A DNA stretch of 64,000 bases from assembly GCA_963718295.1 (NCBI GenBank), contig CAVQYV010000008.1, positions 11,442 through 75,441 of the forward strand. Direction: 5' to 3'. Source of the stretch: an uncultured Methylomirabilota bacterium. Its GTDB lineage: Bacteria > Methylomirabilota > Methylomirabilia > CAVQYV01. The notes under the pieces are model-generated. The model searched no databases. It was not told the origin of the DNA and was given only the letters and a program-made list of their open reading frames with translations. Below, piece by piece: positions 9,601-15,995 of this stretch. Each line of letters starts with the position of its first letter. Within the stretch, counting starts at the first letter, position 1. The translations under genes and the position numbers were made by a program.

Positions 9601-11053
9601 GAAAGAGGCGAAGGAATGGCTCTTTAGATCGATCGACGTGATCGAGGGGATGCGAGCCGATATCAAGATCGAACAGCTCAAGGACGGCTTCATCACGAAC
9701 AAGGTCGATGTCTACGAAACACTCGTCACGCTACAGTCAGACCTGGGCGAGACCGAAGCCGCCTTCGAAACCGCGGAGCGCTCCCGCGCCAGGAACTTCA
9801 TTGATCTCCTCGGCAACCAGAGGCTGAGCCTGCAGAACGCTGTCGACCAGGAGCTTTACGAACGCCAGCTCAGAATGAGGGCGCGGATCGTGGAATATGA
9901 AGCCCTCGTGGCCCAGGCGGAGGATAAAAAGACGGCGGAGGTATACAGGACGTCTCTTGCACGGCTCAACGACGAACTGCGTGATCTCATGCTTGAAATA
10001 CAGACGAAGAACCCCCAGCTCGCGAGTATCGTCTCCGTCGACCCCCTCAAGACGGACGAGGTGCAGAAGCTCCTTGAGCCGGGAGTTGTCCTGTTGGCTT
10101 ATTATATCGTTCCTGATCAGGTACTCTGCTGGGTGGTGAAGAGAGAGGGGGTGAAGCTCTTCAGGACCCCTTTGAACCGGTCGGCCCTCGGGGAGTCGAT
10201 CCTGGCATTTCGCCAGACGATCCAGAACCTCGAACCGATCGAAAAGCTTTCAAAGGAACTCTTCAGTAAACTGATGTCGGCCGTCGTACCTGAGGTCGAA
10301 GGTGCGAAATACCTCGGAATCGTGCCCCACAGCTTTCTCCATTACCTTTCCTTCGCAACCCTTTACGACGGTGCCCAGTATGCAGCCGACCGCTTTCCGC
10401 TCTTCTATCTCCCAAGTGCGAGCGTGCTCAAGTATACGCTGAGCAGGAGGACGGACAGTAAAAACCCCCAGGTCCTTGCCATCGGAAATCCCAACCTCAA
10501 CGACCCGGCCCTGAACCTCCCCTTTGCCGAGCAGGAGGTCGAGACGATCCAGTGGAATTTTGACAAGGTCACCCTTTTGACAAAAGAGAGGGCCACCGAG
10601 AGCTGGGTCCAGGGGAACATAGGGAAATTCGGAATCATCCACATCGCATCCCATGGCACATTCGATCCGATCAACCCGCTCTTCTCGGCGATCAAGCTCG
10701 TCAAGGACGAGAAGGCCGACGGCAACATGGAGGCGGCCGAGGTTTTCGGTCTTGGGATCAATGCCGATCTAGTGCTCCTGAGCGCCTGCCAGACTGGCCT
10801 AGGTCGAATCACCCAAGGAGACGACGTGATCGGCCTGAACCGGGCCTTCTTCTATGCGGGCACGCATTCAATCATTTCGAGCCTCTGGCGCGTGAGTGAC
10901 ATCTCGACCGGGGTGCTGGTGAAACAGTTCTACCGTCTTTACAGCTCTTACAACAAGGCCGAGAGTCTCCGAAGGGCCATGCTGCATGTTAAGAACCGTT
11001 ATCCCCATCCCGGCTACTGGGGCGCCTTCATTCTCTCGGGCGATTATTACTAA
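3629..11053 (+). CDS. giant TPR-repeat protein with C-terminal CHAT (caspase-like) protease domain
   Basis: 2,474-aa ORF with many TPR-like repeats (e.g. LNNIGVVYREMGRYDEALKTFDEALAI). C-terminal CHAT motifs are IHIASHG (His codon 10652-10654) and LLSACQTG (Cys codon 10787-10789). The frame is open upstream to 3488 and encodes SSTRGGVSNLWSLP, which continues the propeller ORF. Confidence 0.9.
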   Translation: MELADGIANKVPPDPYLCLLAYYRVLEAFSSEEPFAGRAAYETGRLYVKVDMPEAAEAAFRVSSTAHGRTLPEAALSEIETVVIEAKGRYASAETSALKEEALNKGLTAIDGIASRHQGLPKVQARAGVEKAKLLLVLSQNPPSILKAIGFLDRVIAEYKNERIEAAEALVLRADAYGQVGISEQVYPEYIKVIDDYPDIEEWADRAVERILEKILKESKKGRLEYQAEVLRGIAEKNRSSHPRLAMGALNRVGDLFYRGDEWEGAKAAYRQVLVQYPVETTQTAAARLALAEILYRQERFREAIDLYERELALRSYQDPIYLLARAGYIRKSVDSGEFLYRIGEVASARKIFKELIDYDGSIIEAHRGYIKCAAAQKEVLPLLASYRDRLKQRPDDPVANYTLGLGLTYLEDRSSLVEAKPLILKAISIYGQSEFFHQTLGYIFEVLETVYGEMGNLEYAIESYQKAFFLNDPRNNPTNHANLLLNLGNVYHLLGQHQRAYQFYRRRLESPIPFDNEETEILFYRRFGASAFQVRKPAETIEAYKKALSLMENRVRPKQASDAFDRISKYIKDNFLMPASKVEALKKKADEVGERQASINRRLFKLSQADLASIRDPGWEEYRRGMEALLAEEKALFPAITSLGEATAMQAPEREKAVQDLNFMALKVSDALRSPVRFAELQAEMFDRLGLAYQEAGEWKNAIETFEKVYGLNQALGLTVNLARNRRSAAYNRYLLAGQLSGDERVAQLRKASEEFQEALSLVQKYGVVKKGEERDKALISVALQVSLDTAAATEAAYGFSKEQEERLAEAFITRILTELGELDPALEMTQKQLGRYPPDKSIAERDVYGVSLLYHRAGHLFAAEERPADAFDAFGRSAELAHRMGNPVNAAINTMNMAHVLAAMPEADPVFDTLRQRLYQADEKTTGLVSGDKAIEGLAILPYYHNIMGVYLIALAPAAGKADVVSASTRMDALRRALAHFDRGLRFFKETGYDRKMLSLEAALHLNTAAAASMMGDATGAATCFEKALKVAMDAFLPEIEWRALSGLGRTKEALHTLSAMTLIRAGAGPEEILPAFSGLVQAKIENGKTEEAFNLAERLSELDRVQRLASFVIGEIPERERTLYRESYQRVIRIQQLKKDMASAKGEEREYVKRRLDQETDLLSEKLGKQRERIQYLNELVKDPGFQDEVMILIALAMRAEEVADAAVATDDEERKKVLSREHADLSDQYGKTLSRILSRGEEEDAPNMAPLFGPKPVEAIDVMETLSEDETLFRPFRMRGDPSGFLVFRVTKEDLEVKKVSSLDQIRLPEKGKATIAYEDRTALPGGLKPSACALSATHLIRSTQNRKPFKRTLLAVSYEGSIPPSYAVKTLPSSAVEKDIPDAMTGSHLLLFGGSIAPAQTVPTRAAEVPTRFIGMGFDRGRRLSLRMLAAGLRDVSLALLPGLHREGVYAAGHLFSIFGCPTMILPERTGKDSNFIGKFMEAYETQAADEALKSALSHTTDSWMLLGYRGMGPAEARRFAEGNFVKYVKKGQVAFAANEPARALSYFENALAVAKETDSLKTHLPNLYRLSRECAYRAGDMRKAAEYASALVDLIQKKEPDSKDHAEALLNYGLVLSRLEQYGVAAPPLEKSLEIMANLELESEQVSALASTGLVFENATEYDRALVHFRSALDLSLKLDKRELTARQHMNIGRLYDLRLSRYAVARQHYEKALGLYLDLRDAAAAAQAHLDIGRCCRLMGNFPDAELHYREALKLAGAASSGDRLRAKIVIEQANNAWFQARYQEAFDLRQDVYQAAVKGQWPLEQVISLNTSGLIWWTLNENERALRELREALSLAGKLEVRSDEIATTLNNIGVVYREMGRYDEALKTFDEALAIDKKLKSRWAIAYDLRNTALTYLRMTRPDQALPLLEEAAAESHDIGDRVNEAKSLLGLGEAHSLAGNVPKAREAFERALTLSHSMAIRETEWRALYGLGRLALREDKKKEAKEWLFRSIDVIEGMRADIKIEQLKDGFITNKVDVYETLVTLQSDLGETEAAFETAERSRARNFIDLLGNQRLSLQNAVDQELYERQLRMRARIVEYEALVAQAEDKKTAEVYRTSLARLNDELRDLMLEIQTKNPQLASIVSVDPLKTDEVQKLLEPGVVLLAYYIVPDQVLCWVVKREGVKLFRTPLNRSALGESILAFRQTIQNLEPIEKLSKELFSKLMSAVVPEVEGAKYLGIVPHSFLHYLSFATLYDGAQYAADRFPLFYLPSASVLKYTLSRRTDSKNPQVLAIGNPNLNDPALNLPFAEQEVETIQWNFDKVTLLTKERATESWVQGNIGKFGIIHIASHGTFDPINPLFSAIKLVKDEKADGNMEAAEVFGLGINADLVLLSACQTGLGRITQGDDVIGLNRAFFYAGTHSIISSLWRVSDISTGVLVKQFYRLYSSYNKAESLRRAMLHVKNRYPHPGYWGAFILSGDYY

Positions 11054-11114
11054 GTTTTCCGAAACAGGTTAGAATAATGAGGCGAAAATGGATTCTATTT
11101 TCATGGAGGATACG

Positions 11115-11631
11115 ATGATGCGTCGAAAGAAATTTTTTGTCCCGATCGTTGCTCTTGCCCTCATGATGACCGGCGCGGTCATGGCCGCGGAGATGTTATG
11201 GGTTGATCTCCGAGGGGGCCAAGCTCAAGATGGAACCGAGCGCTTCTTCCGAGACCATCGAGGGACTGCCGGTGGGGTCGGAGCTGATGGTGGATTCCTC
11301 AGAGGGAAGCTGGTACAAAGTCACGACGAAGTCGAATAAGACGGGATGGATATACCGTGGCAAGGTATCCTCCACGCAGCCTGAGGGAAAGGAGGACAAG
11401 GGCGGAGGCGGTCTCTTCGGGGCATTGCCCGGAAGCAGCATCCAGGTGAGCGCTGCTGACACGTCGAGGAGCATAAGGGGGCTCTCGCCTGCGGCAAAGG
11501 AATATGCTGCAAGTGCAAATACGCCCGAGGCATATCAAAAGGCCCTCGACAGGGTCCTGGCCCTGAGGGTTACCGATAAGGAAATCGAGGATTTCCTTAT
11601 AGAGGGAAAGATAGGGGAATACAGCAGATAA
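11115..11631 (+). CDS. secreted SH3b-domain protein (frame break at a G5 run)
   Basis: GGAGGA lies 5-8 nt upstream. The signal peptide MMRRKKFFVPIVALALMMTGAVMA is in one frame. The SH3b core (GSWYKVTTKSNKTGWIYRGKV) is in the next. The frames join cleanly if the G5 run 11214-11218 were G4. Confidence 0.65.
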
Positions 11632-11657
11632 GACTCCCATGATGGAGGAGAGGAATC

Positions 11658-12639
11658 ATGAAATCACTTCGCTTGTTGGCTCTGATGATCATCTGTTTTC
11701 TTACGACAGGCTTTCAGCTGGGTGACTTTCTCGGCGATACGCTGACGGGTCAGGAAGAACAGGAAAAAAAGGAGACCTATCAGAAAGAATACAAAAAGGC
11801 GCGTGAGAGGGGCATGAGCGAAACGGAGGCCGATCGTCACGCCCGGGAGGCTGCTGAGAAAAAGGCCGGAAAGCGCAAATCATTGATTGAAGGCGTTGGT
11901 GCAATTTTGAGCAGCACCGGAGAGATCGACTACGAATCGGAGATGGCCATCGGCGAGAGCCTTGCCCTCGAGGGATTCAAGCGGTACGGCGTTCCAGTGA
12001 ACGACGAGGGTTTCCAAAGGTACGTTAATCTCCTTGGCAACGCCGTAGCGCGAAACTCGATCAGGCCTGAGATTCTTTACCGATTTGTTGTCATCGAAAG
12101 CCCGCTTTATAACGCCTTCGCCTGTCCTGGCGGCATCATCTTCATCTCCTCCACCCTCGTCAAATCCATGGCGAACGAGTCCCAACTTGCAGGAGTCCTT
12201 GCCCACGAGGTTTCCCACGTGGGTCATAAGCACGCACTCAAGTCGATCAGGCGCGCCAAGTTTTTCGAAGGTGTCGGCAAGATCACGGCAGGCCAGCATG
12301 AAGGGCGATAAGGGCAAGGAGTTCCAGGGAATGATCGGTGACCTGCAGGGTGTTCTTTTTGACAAGGGCCTCGATAAAGAGATGGAGTTTGAGGCCGACC
12401 TCTCGGGCATGGAGGCTGCCTACAGGACGGGCTACGACCCGTCGGCAATGATCGAGGTCCTGTACACGCTCCGGGAGAAGGAGAGCGGGGCGACCAAGGA
12501 AGGATCTTGGTTCTCGACCCACCCACCCCTCGAAAATAGAATCGAAAAATGCCAGTCAGCGATGGGAAAATATCCCGACGCTAAGAGCCTGGCCAAGGAA
12601 GAGAAGCGCTTCGCGTCCTACAGGACGAAATTGCCATAA
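11658..12639 (+). CDS. M48-family zinc metallopeptidase (frame break near 12290)
   Basis: N-terminal anchor MKSLRLLALMIICFLTTG and HExxH (HEVSHVGHKH). After ~12290, in another frame, come the EFEAD third-ligand region and STHPPLENR. Confidence 0.75.
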
Positions 12640-12702
12640 AGGAAGGAGGCTGGTGCCCCCGCATGATTTGACCTGCCGCACCCACAGCTTAATTACAGTC
12701 GG

Positions 12703-12742
12703 CAAAAAAATGGCCTCTTTGGAATTGCGAGGCAAAGAGGCC
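12703..12742 (-). terminator. rho-independent terminator downstream of selC
   Basis: On the minus strand: GGCCTCTTTG, an 11-nt loop, CAAAGAGGCC, then ATTTTTTTGCC. Confidence 0.6.
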
Positions 12743-12765
12743 AGGTTTGTAAGTGATTGAATTTA

Positions 12766-12786
12766 TTGGCGGAGGCGCGTGGGAGT
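12766..12786. repeat. 21-nt duplicate of the selC 3' end
   Basis: TTGGCGGAGGCGCGTGGGAGT is identical to 12864-12884 (3' half of the T-arm, acceptor 3' strand and CCA). The similarity ends abruptly after it. Confidence 0.9.
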
Positions 12787-12864
12787 TCCTTCGTTTCGCT
12801 CAGGACAGGCTCACCCGCACCTCACGCACTCCCCATCTTCCCGGAGCAAAACAGCCAGCTATGT

Positions 12865-12962
12865 TGGCGGAGGCGCGTGGGAGTCGAACCCACCCAAGGC
12901 ACCGCGAAGGGCCTCGCACTGGATTTGAAGTCCAGGAGCAGCACCGGCCACAACCCGCCTCC
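12865..12962 (-). tRNA. selC: tRNA-Sec (anticodon UCA)
   Basis: 98 nt. The anticodon arm CTGGACTTCAAATCCAG is identical to E. coli selC as I recall it. Extended acceptor stem GGAGGCGG/GCGCCTCC, long variable arm, T-arm GTGGGTTCGACTCCCAC, encoded CCA. Confidence 0.93.
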
Positions 12963-13162
12963 AGGTTTCAGACTTGCAGCGCTCTGATATCAAGACTCCA
13001 AGGCTTCAAGACTTCGCTGCTCACGACAGGAAGAAACCTCTCCTGAGCGCCCATCTTTACCTTTAGTTTTTTCGGGGGCTTTTGTCAAGGTGAAAGTGGA
13101 AGCGATCCCTCTCTGCCGCTGAATCCATTCCCCGTTTTTCTTCCTTTCCTTGCGCCCCGATC

Positions 13163-14584
13163 TTATTCCGGCTGGAATCTCTCGATCTGAAGCTCACCCA
13201 GGCCCAGATCCTGAAGTTGCCCCTGGATCTTTTCCCCATCTCCCAACACCGCAATGAGCAGGCTGTCATAGGGAAAGAGATCGCGGGCAGCGGAGTTGGC
13301 TTCCTCCAGGGTCACCGCTTCAATCCTCTTCTGATAAGTGTCGATATAATCGAGCGGCAATCCGTAGAATGCGACGTCTGCCAACTGGGCCACCAAGGCC
13401 CCGGCTCTTTCCAGGGCGATATAGTAGATTCCCTTCTTATAGGTCTTGACCTTTGCCAGCTCTTCGGGGCTAAGGCCTCCCTCACGGAAGATTCGTACTT
13501 GCTCCAGGATGGCGGATATGGCCTTTCCCACATTCCCGTTCTGCGTCGAGGTCTCGATCACGAAAGAGCCCCCGGCCTTTCCCATGGAGAAATGGCTATC
13601 AATACTATAAGTGAGTCCCAGGTTCGCCCGGATTTGATCCATCAGACGCGAGCTGAACCCCATGCGACCCAAGATGCCATTGGCCAAAGAGAGAGGGAAG
13701 TACCGAGGGGTATCGCGGGGTACCCCGATATTTCCCATGAAGATCTGGGCCTGGGTCACATCGGGCTTATCGATCAGGATCACCCTTCGGCCTCGGAGGG
13801 AGGCGGGTGGAGGCACGGAGGCCATCTTAAGCTCCCCCTGAGCCCAGGGGGAAAACAGGGCCCTTAACTTCTCTGCCATACCGGCGGCATCGAAGTCGCC
13901 CACTACCACCAGGATGGCTTGATTGGGCAAGAAGAAGCGGCGATAGAAGGCCTCCACATCCTCCCGCTGAATGGAGGCCAATGACTGGCGGGTCCCGTTC
14001 AGGGGATGGCCATAGGGGTGATCCCGATAGAGGAGGGAGCGAAACTTCCTCTCAATAATGGTCCCTGGGTCCTCGTTGGCCTGCGAAAGAGCGGCCAGGG
14101 CCTGCGCGCGCTGGCGGTCCAACTCCTCCTGGGGGAAGGTGGGATGCAGCAGGCAATCGAGCAAAAGATCTAAGCCCCGGTCGATATCCTTGGAGAGCAC
14201 CTCCAGGGAGATGGAGCAATAGTCATAATTGGCACCAGCGGAGAGGCTTCCACCCAAAAAGTCAATCTCCTCCGAGATCTGACTGGCATTTCGCTCGGTG
14301 GTGCCCTTGAGCAGAAGGTCCGCAGCAAGGGATGCCAGGCCCGCCTTGTTCGTCGCTTCCTGGGAGGCTCCACCCGGCAGGATGAGAAGGAAATTCGCAA
14401 TGGGGATCTTACGGTATTCCTTCAACACTAGGGTAAGGCCATTAGGGAGTTGGGTGCGGGATACTTCCCCCAGCATGGCCCAGGCCGATGGGGCAAAGGA
14501 AAGGAAAGTGGCGAGTATGCAAAAGGCGCAGGTCCAGATCCAGGTAATGGCTCTTCTTCTCTTCAGACCGCTTCTCGTCCCCAT
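13163..14584 (-). CDS. M16 (pitrilysin/insulinase) family peptidase-like protein, non-catalytic type
   Basis: M16-like sequence without HxxEH. Signal peptide present. Start chosen at MGTRSG (14584), 4 nt after the upstream stop. Confidence 0.8.
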   Translation of the reverse strand: MGTRSGLKRRRAITWIWTCAFCILATFLSFAPSAWAMLGEVSRTQLPNGLTLVLKEYRKIPIANFLLILPGGASQEATNKAGLASLAADLLLKGTTERNASQISEEIDFLGGSLSAGANYDYCSISLEVLSKDIDRGLDLLLDCLLHPTFPQEELDRQRAQALAALSQANEDPGTIIERKFRSLLYRDHPYGHPLNGTRQSLASIQREDVEAFYRRFFLPNQAILVVVGDFDAAGMAEKLRALFSPWAQGELKMASVPPPASLRGRRVILIDKPDVTQAQIFMGNIGVPRDTPRYFPLSLANGILGRMGFSSRLMDQIRANLGLTYSIDSHFSMGKAGGSFVIETSTQNGNVGKAISAILEQVRIFREGGLSPEELAKVKTYKKGIYYIALERAGALVAQLADVAFYGLPLDYIDTYQKRIEAVTLEEANSAARDLFPYDSLLIAVLGDGEKIQGQLQDLGLGELQIERFQPE

Positions 14585-14588
14585 GACC

Positions 14589-15971
14589 TCACCTCCCCTC
14601 CCGAATCGGAACCAGGACCAGCGTGGTACGGCGATCCGGATCAAAGTACTTTTTTGCCACCCGCTGGATATCCTCCAGCCGCACTCGATTCAACTTGTCC
14701 AGGATCTGGAAGAGCTGCTGGTAGTCTCCGAAGACCACCTGGTGATAGCCCAGCATCCGGGCGCGGGAGGCGTTGCCCTCCATGCCCCGAATGACTTGAG
14801 CCTGGGCGATATTTTTGGCCTTCTGCAGATCCTCCTCCCGGACTCCCTTTCCTTGGATTTCCTGCAGGATCTGGTTCAGGGAATCCTCCGCCTCCTTCAA
14901 CTCGTGATCGGGTTTCATCTGGGCATAGAAAAGGAAAAGGCCCGGATCGATGGCGTCGTGAAGGCCAGCCCAGGCAGAGGTTGCGATCTGTTGCTCATAA
15001 ATGAGACGCCGATAGATCAGGGAACTTTCTCCTGAGGAGAGGATGCCCTCCAGCAGCGAGAGGGGATAGGTATCCTCCGACTGCACGGAAGGACCTTGAT
15101 AGGCAATCATCAGGGCAGGGAGCTCTGCCTCCTTCTTGATCGAAACGCGCCGCTCCCCGCGCTGCGGGGGCTCCGCATTGACCACCGAAGGCGGAGCAGG
15201 CTGGGCGGGAATTCCAGAAAAATATCTCTCCATCAGGGCCAGGGCAGGGGCCTCCTCCACATCCCCCACCAGGATGGCTACTGCGTTGCTGGGCGAATAA
15301 TAGCTTGCCAGATAGGCCTTCACCTGCTCCAGGGTAATGGCATCCAGATCCCCCATCCAACCGATGACCGGCCAGCGGTAAGGATGGGCCAGGTAAGAAT
15401 TGGCGTAGAGCTGCTCATACATCGTGCCGAAGACATCATTCTCGGTCCGCATCAGCCGTTCCTCTTTGACCACCCGCCGTTCCCGGGCGAAATTGGCTGC
15501 CTCGATCTTCAGATGCTCCATCCGGTCGGCCTCCAACTCCAGGACCTTTTCCAAGGCCGAGCTGGCAAACTCCTCCCAGTAGAAGGTATAGTCTTTGGTG
15601 GTGGCCCCATTGGTGTACCCGCCGGCTGCCTCGATGATGCGGTCGAATTCCTTGGGAGGAAACTTGTCGGTGCCGCTGGAAAATCGGAGATGCTCTAACA
15701 GATGGGAAATCCCAGTGGCCCCCGGCATCTCATTGCGAGATCCAACCTTGAAAAAGACGCAGAAGCAGGCAATGGGCAGGGAGTGATCCTCCGAGATCAG
15801 CACGGTCATGCCATTCTTCAAGGTGTGCTGGGAGACCGGGAATTGCTGGGCCTCTGCTGGTGCCCAGGGACTGCTCACAAGGAACAGGAGGAGCCCCAGG
15901 ATCGGCAACAGGAGGAGCAAGATTTTCAGCGAAGGAAACGAATTCCGGAAAGACCTCATGCGCATCCACAT
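14589..15971 (-). CDS. M16 family zinc peptidase, catalytic type
   Basis: HxxEH motif in GISHLLEHLRF. N-terminal signal peptide. Adjacent to the inactive M16 partner. Confidence 0.85.
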   Translation of the reverse strand: MWMRMRSFRNSFPSLKILLLLLPILGLLLFLVSSPWAPAEAQQFPVSQHTLKNGMTVLISEDHSLPIACFCVFFKVGSRNEMPGATGISHLLEHLRFSSGTDKFPPKEFDRIIEAAGGYTNGATTKDYTFYWEEFASSALEKVLELEADRMEHLKIEAANFARERRVVKEERLMRTENDVFGTMYEQLYANSYLAHPYRWPVIGWMGDLDAITLEQVKAYLASYYSPSNAVAILVGDVEEAPALALMERYFSGIPAQPAPPSVVNAEPPQRGERRVSIKKEAELPALMIAYQGPSVQSEDTYPLSLLEGILSSGESSLIYRRLIYEQQIATSAWAGLHDAIDPGLFLFYAQMKPDHELKEAEDSLNQILQEIQGKGVREEDLQKAKNIAQAQVIRGMEGNASRARMLGYHQVVFGDYQQLFQILDKLNRVRLEDIQRVAKKYFDPDRRTTLVLVPIREGR

Positions 15972-15995
15972 CCTTTCTTTCTTTTGTTCATTGCT

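Noticed and set aside
12753-13046. ORFs of 97 and 76 aa covering the selC region.
   Set aside because: They overlap the tRNA-Sec gene and its duplicated 3' end, and their translations are not protein-like.
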